NCBI RefSeq assembly: GCF_035084215.1
Contig: NC_090354.1
Location: 24,614,001 to 24,678,000 of the forward strand
From: Heptranchias perlo
Lineage: Eukaryota
Reading direction: 5' to 3'
DNA: 64,000 nucleotides
The stretch's first letter is position 1. The number at the start of each line of letters is the position of its first letter. Below are positions 48,571 to 62,500 of the stretch, piece after piece. A program made the position numbers and the translations under genes. The notes beneath the pieces were generated by a model. That model had not been told where the DNA came from and made no database searches. It worked only from the letters and a program-made list of their open reading frames with translations.

Positions 48571-50818
48571 TCATCTATTTAGAGATAATGGGGGGAAAAT
48601 TGGATAAGGGCCGTTTTTGGGTGCAGGTAGTGCGATGCGCTATTACCCCACCCCCAATGACCCCTGAGCAGGCAGGACGTAAGTTTCCACCGGCCGGAGG
48701 ACTCACCTGCAATCAACGTTCCATTCTGGGCCTTGGACCTGCAATCAATGCAATTTGCATTTTCCACCACTGGGGCGAGCTCAATCTCTTAAAGGGAGGA
48801 TGTTTCTTCGAAATCTCTGAAAGTAGTTGGTATCTGTTATTTGCTGAAAATAACAGTCTGCTGTCTGCATGGAGTCTGAACAGAGTTCAGAGGTCTCACA
48901 CATAAAATACAGGTGCAGGTCCCATCCCTATGTTTACACACTGTAAGTTATGTTAAAACATTGAATAAAAGTTGCGCACAACTAAATCCAACATCCTAAG
49001 ATCTGCACGTCGGACCTCACCAATCTGAGTTGGTACCAGGCCTGCAAGAATGCGTGCACCAAGGTTATCTGCTGATGCACTAGAGACCTTGGTGCAAGGG
49101 GTGGACAGAAGGAGGGACATCCTATACAAGTGGGGGGGGGGGGGGGGTGCAAGAAGCATTCCAGACATATATCCAAAGGCTGTGGGAGGCAGTGGGGGAC
49201 GAATTTAATGCCAGGCACAAAACATCATGAACATGGATGCAATGCAGGAAGAAGTTCAATGCTTTGACATGAGTGGTCAAGGTAAGTGAGGCCAACTGTC
49301 TAGTGGCATCCCCTATGAACTGCACCATGCACAACACCCCTCATCACCCACATACCTACAAACTCTTTCCATCTGTATTCAATACTTCCAATCAGCTGCT
49401 TCCTCTCACCCTTAAACATTACCACTGTCGCAAGCCGCCCACCCACAACTCACAGGCTACACACACTGGTAGCTATTCAACCATGACAGGCACATCAACC
49501 AGAAATCCCGCTTTCTTGTAGGAGAAGGTGGCGCATACCAGGAGGCAGCAAGTGGGAGTGGCATTTAGCCCCTCAAGCCTGTTCCACCATTCAATGAGAT
49601 CATGGTGGACCTGAGACCTAACTCCATATACCTGCCTTAGCCCCATATGCCTTAATACCCTTGGTTCACAGAAATCTATCAATCTCAGCTTTAACATTCA
49701 CAAGTGAGCTCACATCAACTGCCGTCTGCAGAAGAGTGTTCCAAACATCTTTGCGTGTAGAAGCATTTCCTAACGTCACTCCTGCACACTCAGGCTCTAA
49801 ATGTTAGGCTATGTCCCCGGGTCCTAGTATTCAAGGCTAGGAGACCTCCAAAAACAGTTACAAATGTCTCGGCAGCAAGAAGCAATAATCCAGCCACTAA
49901 CCTGTAAATCCTGCATAGTCTCTTTAAATAGCAATCGAGGGGGGTCCTCCAGGCTTCAGCACGTCTGCCATTGGAAACAGTTTCTCCACATTTATTCCAT
50001 AAGAACCGTTCATGATTCTGAACATCTATATTATTCTTCTCTTTACCTTCTCGGCTCTAAAGACAACAACCCCAGCTTCTCTAGTCTCTCCATGTAACTG
50101 ATGTCCCTCATCCCTGATACCATTCTAGTCAATCACCACTGCACCCTCTCTAAGACCTTGACGTTCTTCTTAAGTATGGTGCCCAGAATTGGACATAATT
50201 CTCCAACTGAGGCCTAACCAGTGATTTATAAAGGTTCAGCATAACTTTCTTACTTTCATATCCATTCTAAAATTGAAGGCATTAAGTAGAAAGGGAAATT
50301 CCGAGATACCTAGTGGGGAGGGGATTTGGAGGATCAGTCAGGGATGACAGAAGGGAAAATCAGACAATGAGTGGAAGGGACATCAGGCAATGAGTGGGGA
50401 GGGGAATCAGTGGAAAGTGGGAATGAAAATCATTTGTGTGACATTTTATCCTACACATTTTGAAAATCTATAACTATAACTCTGACTACATTCCTTTATT
50501 TATATCTGTGACTTCCTTGAAAAAGTTAAATAATTATCCAAACACAACCTGTCCATTACAGATTCATGATGACTGCCCCTAATGACCCCATGTCTTTTCA
50601 AGTATTCATAAATTTCTTCCCAGATTATGGACTCCATAAATTGCCCTATAGCTGAGTTAAGACGAAAGGGACTTACTATTTCATGCCACCCTCCAATTCT
50701 TTCATCTTTCAGCCACATTAACGTTTCATCCTCCGTGTGTATTGCCCACCAGTGCATTTCAGACTCCCTTTTACACTTCCTGGTCCCCTTTTCGCCTCCC
50801 TTCTGAACTTTTAATAAT

Positions 50819-51256
50819 CATAGGGAGAGGTTAGACAGACTGGGACTTTTTTCCCTGGAGAGTAGGAGGTTAAGGGGTGATCTTGTAGAAGTCTATAAAA
50901 TAATGAGGGGCATAGATAAGGTAGATAGTCAAAATCTTTTCCCAAAGGTAGGGGAGTCTATAACGAGGGGGCATAGATTTAAGGTGAGAGGGGAGAGATA
51001 AAAAAGGGTCCAGAGGGGCAATTTTTTCACTCAAAGGGTGGTGAGTGTCTGGAACGAGCTGCCAGAGGCAGTCGTAGAGGCGGGTACAATTTTGTCTTTT
51101 AAACAGCATTTGGACAGTTACATGGGTAAGATGGGTATAGAGGGATATGGGCCAAGTGCAGGAAATTGGGACTAGCTTAGTGGTATAAACTGGGCGACAT
51201 GGACATGTTGGGCCGAAGGGCCTGTTTCCATGTTGTAACTTCTATGATTCTATGAT
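50819..51256 (+). mobile_element. Young 5'-truncated CR1 insertion unique to the unit 3/4 junction
   Basis: Near-identical reverse complement of 5411-5837; ends TTGTAACTTCTATGATTCTATGAT; absent at the homologous sites ~21585 and ~36186. Confidence 0.93.
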
Positions 51257-51540
51257 TAGCCTATTTTATAGGCAATTATTAAATTTCAGTTTTACTCTTA
51301 GCTCTCCCGATAACCATTGATCCCCAGCCTTAGAAGGTCGATCAAAAACTAAACGATTTGATGAAAAGATTTTCACCAAAACAGTATCTCTTTAAATTGC
51401 TGTCATGTGATTGTTTAATTCAAGCCCAAATCACTCACTGCCGCTGTCCACAGGTGGTGCTGGTGAGATTCGGTCCCAGATTCACTCATGGAGAAGTTTT
51501 TGTTTGTAGTTACAGCTGAGAGTGATTTTATGATATTCCC

Positions 51541-52596
51541 GAGTAACCGGGGTATCCCGGATATCCCAAACCTTTTCCCAGCTCCCCCTCACTCCCTCTC
51601 AGGGTGATCCGTTCTGTTCACAAACACTCCTCAATTTCGGAAATGACGAGACTCGTCACTTTCCCTGAGGCACTTTCGCTTTCGGTGAAATTGACACAAG
51701 GCTCATTTTCACAGACAAACTGACACGGACACTTTCCCGGGAGAGAGAAAAGAAAGAAACGATGAAAGAAAAGGAGTCGGTTCTTCCTTCGGATTCAGAG
51801 TCCGAGCAGATTAAATATTCTTGGAGAACAAAATCTCAAGAAACCTCCAAAAAACAACCGAGAAATGAGGAACTTTTTCTACTGAAAGAGCAGAATCTCC
51901 GACAGGGGAATCGGACAGACAGCATCAAACCGTGACCCTGCACTGTGAGCCGGGCTCTCTGCAATGTCCAGCCCGCGAAGTGTGAACAGTAAAAGCACGA
52001 TGTGAGCACACCGGGGAGAGAGTGGATTTAAAAGGGAATCGCTCTCTATGGAGCCGAATGTCAGCACTAAAAGCCGCGGCACCGGGATCACCGCTGTCGG
52101 TGTCACTATAACCCGGATTATAAAATACAGCCCCCAATACATGTCCGCACTCCCCCAATACAGACTCTGCCCCCGACACCACTTCAGTGCCCCCTTGATT
52201 CGAATCCAGACAACATTGAGCTGGGACCGAGCGCTGGTTGTGATCTTCGATGGGGGATTTTCCAGTCGCTGGTTCACGAATCTCCAGCTTTTGGATTCCT
52301 CACCTCAGAAAGGAACCGCACAAATTATTGCTCTCCTGAAGCTCGATTTCACTTTTCGAATGTAATCCAAACATTCCCAGTCTCCCCTCTTAAAGCCGAC
52401 AGCATCGCAGTGAGAGCTCCCAGCAGTATCCAGCCACACACCCACAGGACTCGGCAGCTCAGGCAACCGCTCCGGGATCACAAGCGGCGACATTTCGACT
52501 TCCAGAGTTTCATTCAGAACCGTTTTCGGAGCTGAACCGCGATCCGCTCAGTTTCTCATCCTTCAAATCGGCGTTTTACCCATGGGTCGGTTGAAC
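51541..52596 (+). promoter_or_regulatory. IFN promoter, copy 4
   Basis: Same motifs at offset ~+44160, with a cluster of substitutions next to the proximal IRF site. Confidence 0.75.
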
Positions 52597-55500
52597 ATGG
52601 ATTTGGCGAGTGTTTGGAGATTTTGGATTGTGTGGGTTTTGTTTTCCGGGACCCTGAGTCTGGGCTGTGAGAGGCTGCAGTTACAGCAAGTTCTCAACAG
52701 AGAGACTCTGAGGAAACTGAATGAAATGGTGAGTTTAAACAGCATCAAAAGTCGGAACCGAACTATACAGGGTCTGTTTGTTATGAGAAGTTATATCAGG
52801 AGAAATAGTTTGGGGTTTTGTAACTTTGTCCAATTAATATCAACCGAGTCTTCAGTATGAATTTGACGTCTTTATGGTTAGAGTGACTCTACTGTTACAC
52901 TCGGTACACTCATTGATAGTGTCCTACAGCAAGAGTTCCCTGAAACCTGGAGGGGTAATTAGACCCCTGGTTGGAACAGAGGAATTAGACCTTGAGGCGA
53001 CAGGGAGAATCGGGTAAAGAAGAGATGGGAATCAGGGGCTGAGTGGAGAGGGAACGTGATCCTGATGGAAGACGTGGAATCAGACCATGAGGGGAGAAGG
53101 GAACTGAAAAACTGATGAGGTGGGTAATCTTATATTGAGGGGAGGTTGAGTCAGATTCTATAGGTAGACTCTATAGAGTGGAGAAAGGAAGTGAATGACT
53201 GAAGGGGGGGGGGGTAATCTTATATTGTGGGGGGAGATTGAATCAGACCCCGGGGGAGTTGAATCAGATTCTAAGTGAAGGAGGGAATCAGTTCTGAGGA
53301 GAGAACGAAAACCGAACAGTGAGGAGTGGGGTACCCTGATATTAAGGAGGGAATCAGATCTGAGGAGAGAATGGGAACTAGATACTGAGGAGACGGGAAG
53401 TCATGAATTGAGGAAAGAGAGGGAATCAGATATTGAGGGGTGGGAGAAATCGAGATTGAGGGGAATCAGATATTAAGGGAAGAGGGGAATGATGGTTTGA
53501 GTGGGAAACAGAAACGGAGGGATGGTGGAGATGAGACCAAATGGAGAGTGGGAGAATCAGATACAGAGGAGAGGGGAAATCAGGCCCTGGGTGGGGGGGG
53601 GGGGGACATCCTGATATAGAGAGGGGAGAATCAGAGACTGAGGGTAGAGGGAAACCAATATTGTCTGGAAAGGGAGAATCTGATGTTGAGGGAAGGGAGC
53701 AATCAGACCCCGAGGGTAGAAAGGAAATGAAACACTGAGAGGGGTAATTATATTGCGGGAGGGTGAATCAGACTCGGCGGGGGTGGGGGTGGGAGAACAG
53801 AAGAGACACTGAGGGGAGAGGGGGACACCCACAGGACTCGGCAGCTCCGGCGGTCGCTCAGTTTCTGATCCTTCAGATCGGCTCTTTACCCTGGGTCGTT
53901 TGAGCATGGTTTTGGCGAGTATTTGGAGATGTTGCATTGTGTGGGTCTTGTCCTGGACCTTGAGTCTGGTCTGCGAGAGGCTGCAGTTACCGCAAGTTCG
54001 AAACACACAGAATCTCAAGAAACTGAATGAAATGATGTGTTTAAACAGCATGCAGAGCCGGATTCGAAACACACAGGGCCTGTTTGTTGTAAAAACTCAT
54101 ATCAGGAGAAATAGTTTGGCGTTTTATAACTTTATTCAATTAAAAGTCACTGTTTCTCCTGTATTTCTCTCTCTGGGCTGTCTGTAACGGTGATGATCTT
54201 CTGTTTCAGGGCGGTCCCTTTCCCCGTCAGTGTGTTAAAGAGAGGCTCTCGCTGAAAACCAAGTCCTTGAACCTGGTGAAACTTTCAGGGGGTTTACAGG
54301 TGAGCGAACACTGGATATTATTTTATATTATTCAAGCAAGAGTTTGCTAGAAACTATGAGTAAGATCAACAATCTCATCAGAACTTTAATCAGGAAATTC
54401 AAACCCCGTGTTGGCCGCCCATTGATGTGAAAATGGCAGAAATATTCACTCGCTCCAGCTCACTCTCTCTATCTCACTCCCTCTAATTATCTTACTCCGT
54501 CTAACCTCCTCAATCCATCCAACCATCTCACTCCTAATAATTCCATTTCCTTTAACTATCTGACTCCCTGTATTCATCTCACTCCGTCTTATCATCTCAC
54601 TCCTAAACTGCGATGATTGGCTATGTGGTATGCATCATCACGGGCAGGTTAAATCATAGATTCATAGAATGATCCAGCACAGAAGGAGGCCATTTTGCCC
54701 ATCGTGCCTGAGTCAGGTCTTTGAAAGAGCAATCCAATTAGTCCCATTCTCCTGCTCATTCCCCATAGCCCTGAAAAATATGCCCCTTCAATTGATACAG
54801 TTCCCTTTTGAAAGCTATCATTGAATCTGCTTCCACCACCCTTTCAGGCAGTGCATTCCAGATCATAACAACTCGCTGCATAAAAACATTTCTTATCATC
54901 TCGCATCTGGTTCATTTGCCAATTGCCTTTAATCTGTGCCCTTTAGTTACTGACCCATCTGCCACTGGAAACAGTTTCTCCTTATTTACTCTATCAAAAC
55001 CCTTTCAACACCTCTATTAAAACTTATCTTAACCATCTCTGCTCAAGAGAACAACTCCCGATCTTCTAGTCACTCTACATACCTGAAGTCCCTCATCCCT
55101 GGTACCATTCTAGTCAATCTCTGCTGCACCATCTCTAAGGTTTTGGCATCCTTCCTAAAGAGTGGTACCCAGAATTGGACACAATATTACAGCTGGGGCT
55201 GAAACATTGATTTATAAAGGTAAAACACATTGTCCTTGCTTTTGTACTCTATGCATCTGTTTTTAAAGCTAAGGATCCTGTAAACTTTTTTAACAGTCTT
55301 CTCAACTTGTCCTGCCATCTCAAAGATTTGAGTACGTAAACCCCCAGGCCTCTCTGTTCCCGTCCCCCTTCAAAATTGTAACATTTAATTTATATTGCCT
55401 CTCCTCATTCATCCTACCAAACTGCATCACTTCACACTTCTCTGTGTTAAATTTCATCTGCCATGTGTCTGCCCATTTCACCAGTTTGTCTATGTTGTCC

Positions 55501-57582
55501 TGAAGTCTGTTACTATCCTCCTCACTGTTTCCTACAGTTTTGAGTTTCATGTCATCTGTACACTTTGAAATTGTGCACTATATACGCAAGTCCAGGACAT
55601 TAAAATATATCAATAAGAGCAGCGGTCCTAACACTGACTCCTGGGGAACACCACTTTACACTTCCATCCAGTCTGAAAAACAACCGTTCACCACTGTTCT
55701 CTTCTTACTGTACCTTAGCCAATTTTACATTCATGCTGCAACTACCACCTTAATCCCATGAGCTTCAGTTTTGTTAACAAGTCGACTATGTGATACTTTA
55801 TCAAATGCCTTTTTAAAGTCCATATACACAACATCAACCACACGACCCTCATCAACTCTCTCTTACTTCATGAAAGAACTCAATCAGGTTACTTAAACAC
55901 GATTTGCCTTTAATAAATCCATGCTGCCTGTCATTTATTAACCGATTTTTTTCCAAGTGACAATTAATTTTGTCTAATTTTATTGTCTCTAAAAGTTGCC
56001 CCTACACCATTGATAGGCTGACTGGCCTGTTGTTGCCGGGTTTATCCCTCTCCCCCTTTTTTGTAACATTTGCAATCCTCCAGTCCTCTGGCATTGCTCC
56101 CATATCTAAGGAGGATTGGAAGATTGTGGCTGGAGCCTCCGTTATCTCCAACCTTACTTCCCTCAGCAACCTAGAATGCATCCCATCTGGACCGGGTGAC
56201 TTCTCTATTTTAAAAGCTGCTTATCTTTTAAGTACCTCCTTTTAATCTATTTTTATCCTATCCAATTTCTCCACTCCTTCCTCCTTTACTTTGATATTGG
56301 CAGCATCCCCTTCTTTTTTGAAGAAAGATGCAAAGTACTCGTTCAGTCCATCAGCCATTCCCTCTGCCACCACAAGATCTCCTTTTTTGGTCCCTGATCA
56401 GTTCCACCATTCTATTAACTACCCTTTTACTATTTATTTGCTTATGAAAGACTTTTATGTTACCCGTTAATCTGTTCCAATATACTCTCTTTGCCCCCTT
56501 TTTTTCCTTTTTCAGTCCTCCGCTGTACTCTATATTCAGCTTGGTTCTCCACTTTATTATCATACTGGTAGTTATAATAAGCCTCCTTTTTTTGTTTAAG
56601 TTTTATCTCCATATCTTTAGCCATCCAGGGACCTCAAGCTTTGGATGCCCTTCCTTTCCCCCAAATGGGAATGTGTCGAGTCTGTATCCAAACTATCTCC
56701 TCTTTGAAGGCCCCTATTGATCATTTACTGTTTTACCTGCCAATCTTTAAATCCAATCCACCTGGGCCAGATCCCCTTTCAACTCACTGAAATTAGTTCT
56801 CCTGCAGTTGAGTATTTTCATGTTTCATTGTTCCGTGTCCTTGTCCATAACCGCTCTAAAGGGGTTAAATTAGCCCACAGCGGAATGTGGTAGGAACCAG
56901 TTATGTATTAACCCAGTAATATTGCCAACATCAATCCATGTGCCGTAGCTTAAATTTTTGAAAAAGAAAAAACATCTCTCGGCTGTGGTTTTAAATTCAG
57001 ACACTTTACACATTTACACCATCATTAAAATGGGAAATAGCTGAGCTGCGGTGATGGGCTGTTAGGTTTGCCCAATATCGGGCCGGTGAAATAGGAACAG
57101 ACCCCCTCTAATGTCCTTGTGTGTATTTTGCTCAGAACCAGGACAGGATCCAGATTGTCCATCAGACACTGCGTCACTTCATCAAGATCTACAGCATGAA
57201 CCTGGGCTCAGTCACATGGCCCCAGGACAAGGTGGAAAACTTCCGGCTTCTCCTGGATCGGCAGCTCGAAGAGCTGGAGGAATGTGTCAAGAAACCGGGC
57301 TCAGAGTCCAGGCCGAGGAGAAACGCCGCCATTCACAGATACTTCAGGAAACTGAGAAAATTTCTCAAACAGAAGGTGGGACAATTGATATTTGACTGTT
57401 TGGTTACTGACAGATAGTTCATTTCACCCAATTTAAATCTGTTCATTCTCTAATGTATTTTCCTGAATATTTCTCTTTTTCAGAGATTCAGTGACTGCGC
57501 CTGGGAAATGATCCGCGCTGAGACCAGGGCCCGTTTACAACAGATCCTTTTCATAACGGCACAAATCAGAAGAAGAAACTGA
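52597..57582 (+). CDS. IFN: Type I interferon copy 4, 186 aa: join(52597..52728,54210..54299,57136..57375,57484..57582)
   Basis: Same splice sites and frame; variants ETLR, CVKER, NQDR, MNLGS, IHRY, RFSDCAWEMIR. Confidence 0.95.
53906..54034 (+). pseudogene. Duplicated IFN exon 1b, unit 4
   Basis: As unit 1; donor replaced by ATGTGT. Confidence 0.85.
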
Positions 57583-59595
57583 AGACTTTCCAAAGACATG
57601 TTTAATAGAGACTGGCAACAATTAATATTTATTTAAAAGACCATCTATTTATTAAAAAAAATTATATTTTAAAAGATGTTACCTTGTGTTGCTGTAAACA
57701 AGCGATTTGCAGCTAGGTGACTGATGAAGAAGAAGGAATGTCTTGATATTTTTCTATATTTGTTTATTTATTTTAATTTATTGATATTTATTGGTGTAAT
57801 ATTTATCTTGATGAAATGTTAAAGGTTTGACTACAATAAAATTATACACTTTTTACACAATGTGTAAAGACAAAAATGAGAAGAGTAAACATGAAGATTT
57901 TCCAATGACTTGTTTAATTCAGACTAAGAATGATGATACTTTATGTTAAAGGCACTGAATTTCTAAAATATATTTTATGTAATGAAAAGTATTATTAATT
58001 TTACAATGTTGTCAACTTAGCTCAGCGGTAACACTCTGAGTCATAAGGTTGTTGGTTCCAGCCCCATTCCATAGGGAAACTGTTCCATTGCCATTCAGCT
58101 TTGTGAGGCTCCTTATTCCAGTTGCTGATCTTCCAGTGACAACTCTCTGCACTGGATTGCCCTGCCAATACCCAGCTCGGTCACTGGATTACAGAGTGAA
58201 GTCAGGATTTCAAAGGTTGGGCTCCAGACTGATGCCCCCTGACCTTAACCCTGACCCGCTCTGACCTTTTAGTTTCTGCTCTCCCAGGGGCCAGCACTTC
58301 AACTCATCTCAGGGTCATCTTAATTTATTGATATTTATCATCGTGATCTCTTCCACTAATGAAATGTTACAGTTTTATACAATGCGTAATGTGAGTTCAA
58401 AAATAAATATTAATTTATTGATATTTATTAAGAGTTGGGGAATAGACAATGTTTTTCTAAACTGAAAACTTTTTATACTGAATGAAAACGTGTGTGAAAA
58501 TAAATTGTTTTAATGATAACACTTTTACTGGAGTGATATTCATTTCCCATTTGTATCTGTCAGTTTCTCATTATAAATGCTCTGGATTCTCCTCCCTGCT
58601 GCCTGTTACCGTGACTCCCTCTCCTCTGTATTATCTTCTCTCCACTGTCTGATTGTTCCTCCCCGATCAAAGCATGTCAACCCCATTTGAACCCAATTTA
58701 CCATAAGGACATAAGAAATTAGAACATAAGAAATAGAAGCTGGAGGAGACCATACAGCCCCTCGAGCATGCTCCGCCATTCAGCATGGCTGATCTTTGAC
58801 ATCAACTCCATTTTCCCGCCCGATCCAGATATCACTTTACTCCCTTGAGTCCAAAAATCTATCTATCTCAGCCATGAATATACACATCCTCTGCCCTCTG
58901 GGTTAGAGAATTCCAAAGATTCACAACCTTCCAAGTGAAGAAATTCCTCCTCATCTCAGTCCCAAATGCCCGACCCCTTCACCTGCAACGATGCCCCGTC
59001 CTTCTAGACTCTCCAGCAAGGGGAAAGAACCTCTCAGCACCTACCCTGTCAAGCCCCCTCAGAATCTTATGTGCTTCAATGAGAGCACCTCTCATTCTTC
59101 TAAAATCCAGAGATTACAGCCAGCCAACCTGAAAATGACCCATTTATACCTACTCTCTGTTTTCTGTCCGTTCATCAATCATCCATGCTTACTAATATAT
59201 TACCCCCAACCGCATGAACCCTTATCTTACGTAACAACCTTTTAGGTGGCACCTTATCGAATGCCTTTTGAAAATACAAATATATTACATCCACTGGTTC
59301 CACTCTATCTCCTAGATACTACCACAGTTTTTCTTTTCAGCTATTCAACCCAATATTCCCTATTCTCCCTCTAAATGAGAGATGATCGAGCCTGAGGTGT
59401 TGAGCAGGAAAGGGGGAATTGATTCATAGAAGCATACAATCATAGAATCATACAGTACAATAGAGGCAATTCAGCCCACCATGCCTGTGCCAGCCCTTTG
59501 GTAGAGATATCCAATTAGTCCCATGCTCCAGCCCTTTCCCCATAGCCCTGAAAATTTTATTAACTTAAATCTGGGACCTCTGATTACCGACTCTT

Positions 59596-62500
59596 AGAAT
59601 CATATAGAATGGTTACAGCACAGAAGGATGCCATTCGGCCCATCGAACCAGTGCTGGCTCTTTGTAAGAGCAATCCAGTTGGTCACATTCCCCCACTCTT
59701 TCCCCTTAGCCCTGCAAATTTTTCCCTTCAAGTATTTATACAATTCCTTTTTGAAAGCTATGATTGAATCCACTTCCACCACCCTTTTCAGCAGCGCATT
59801 CCAGATCATAACAACTCGCTACATAAAAATAGCTTTCCTCATGTCACCTTTGATTCTTTTGCCAATCACCTGAATCTGTATCCTTTGGTTCTCGACCCTT
59901 CTGCCAATCGGAACTGTTTCTTTTTATTTACTTTATCTAAACCCTTCATGATTTTGAATGTTTCAATCAAATATCTGCTCCAAGGGGAACAACTACAGCT
60001 TCTCCAGTCTATCCAGGTAACTGAAGTCACTCCTCTCTGGAACCATTCTAGTAAATCTTTCTGCACGCTCTCTAAGGCCTTCACATCCTTCCTAAAGTGC
60101 GGTGGCCAGAATTGGACACAATACTCCAGTTGTGGCTGAAACAGTGTTTCATAAATGTTCAACATAACTTCCTTGCATTTGTACTCTATGACTCTATTTT
60201 TAAAGTTCAGGATCCCACTTGCCTTTTAAACCACTTTCTCAAGCTGTCCTGCCACCTTCAAAGATTTCTGCACATATACCTCCAGGTCTCTATATTCTTG
60301 CTCCTCTTTTAGAATTGTACCGTTTAGTTTATTTTGCCTCTCCTCATCTTTCTTGCCAAAATGCATCACTTTGCACTTCTCTGCACTAAATTTCTTCTGC
60401 CATGTCTTCGCCCATTCCACCAGTCTGTCTATGTCCTTTTGAATTCTATTATTATCCTCCTCCCTATTTCCCACACTACCAAGTTTTGTGCCATCTGCAA
60501 ATTTTGAAATTGGGCCCTGTACACCTAAGTCCAAGTCATTAATATATATCAAAAAAGCAGTGGACATAATACTGACCCCAGGGGAACACCACTGTATACC
60601 TTCCGCCAGTCCAAAAAACAACAGTTCACCACTACTCTCTGTGTCCTGTCACTTGGCCAATTTCGTATACATGCTGCTGCTGCTCCTTTTATTCCATGGG
60701 CTTCAGTTTTGCTGACAAGCCTATTATGTGGCACTTTATCAAGTGCCTTTTGAAAGTCCATATACACAACATCAATCGCATTGCCCTCGTCAACCCTCAC
60801 CAGCCTTTCTAGTAGCTCCTCTTTATCAATTTTTAGCCCATCCAGTATCGCAACTACCTCCTCTCCTACTGTGACTTTGGCAGCATCTGCTTCCTTGGTA
60901 AAGACAAATGCAAGGATCTCATTTAGAACGTGGCCATGCCCTCTGCCTCCATGTGTAGATCTCATTTTTGGTCCCTAATTGACTCCATCCCTCATCTTAT
61001 TACCCGTTTACTATTTATATGCCTATAGAAGATTTTGAATTCCCTTTTGTGTTAGCCGCTAGTCTGTTCTCATACTCTCTCTTTGCCCCTCTTATTTCCT
61101 TTTTCACTTCTCCTCTGTACTTTCTATATTCCACCTGGTTCTCTCTTGTATTATCAACCTGACATCTGTCATACTGTCTATTTCTGTTTCATCTTACTCT
61201 ACCTCTTCTGTCACGCAGGGAGCTCTGGCTTTGGTTTCCCTACCTTTCCCCCTCGTGGGAATGTACCAAGACTGTACCCGAACCATCTCCTCTTTAAAAG
61301 TCGCCCATTGTTCGATTACAGTTTTGCCTGCCAATCTTTGATTCCAATTTATCCGTCCAGATCCGTTCTCAACCCACAGAAATTGGCCCTCCTCCAGTTA
61401 AGTATTTTTAATCCAGATTGCTCCTTCTCCTTTTCCAAAACTAATCTAAACCTTATGATCATTGTTCCCTCGATGATCCCCCACTAAAATTTACTCTACT
61501 CGACCCACTTCATTCCCTAGAACTAGATCCAGCAATGCCTCCTTCCTCGTTGGCCAGAAATATACTGATCAAGAAAGTTCTTCTAAACACACTTAAGAAA
61601 TTCCATCCCCTCTTTGCCATTTAAACTATTACTATCCCACACTATATTAGGATGTTTGTAGTCCCCCATTGTCACTACTCTATAGTTCTTCCACCTCTCT
61701 GTAATTTCCCTGCAAATTTCCTCCTCTATATCATTCACACTAGTTGGCGGCCTAAAGAATACACCCAGTAGTGTAATGGCACCTCTATTGTTTATATCTC
61801 TAACCAAATAGATTCTGTCCTTGACCCCCTCAAGGACATCCTTTTTCTCCAGCACTGCAATATTCTCCTTAATCATACTGCCACCAATCCCCCACCCCAC
61901 CTCCTTTTCTTACTTCAGATCTTTCCTGAACACCGTGTATCCAGGAATATTTAATACCCAATCCTGCCCTTTTTTGAGCCAGGTCTCCATTATCGCCACT
62001 ACATCATATTCCCATGTGACTATTTGCACCTGCAGCTCACCAACCTTATTTACCAGGCTTCGTGCCTTCACACACACACACACACTCTCAACCTATCTTA
62101 GACCTTCTCATCTTATCTCTTATACCGATCCCACCTAACACTGTACTATTTCTTACTCTAGTTCTATCAGTCTCTCACAATCCTTTGTGCACTTTGTTTC
62201 TCCTTTCTAATGCTTCTTGCTGGTGACCATCACCTTGCAAAATTAGTTTAAACCCTCCCCCACAGCACTGGTGACCCACCCCATGTGGACATTGGTCCCA
62301 GGTCTATTGAGGTGCAATCTGTTCATCTTGAACAGTTCCCTCCTGCCCCAGAACTGGTCCTGATGCCCCAAGAATCTGAAGCCCTCCCTCTTGCACCATA
62401 TCTCTAGTCATGCATAAACTTGCCTTATCTTCCTCTTTCTGTATTCACTGACGCATGGCACTAGGAGTAATCCAGAGATTACTACCTTTGAGGTCCTGCT

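Larger units (their letters stand above)
36345..51404 (+). repeat. Tandem duplication unit 3 (15060 bp, includes an extra young CR1)
   Basis: Colinear copy; extra 53 bp at ~41902-41954 and ~440 bp CR1 at ~50819-51256. Confidence 0.95.

Noticed and set aside
8437-57582. Positive selection among copies 1-4
   Set aside because: I count 7 variable amino-acid positions vs about 4 synonymous sites, which does not exceed neutral expectation and is too few to test.
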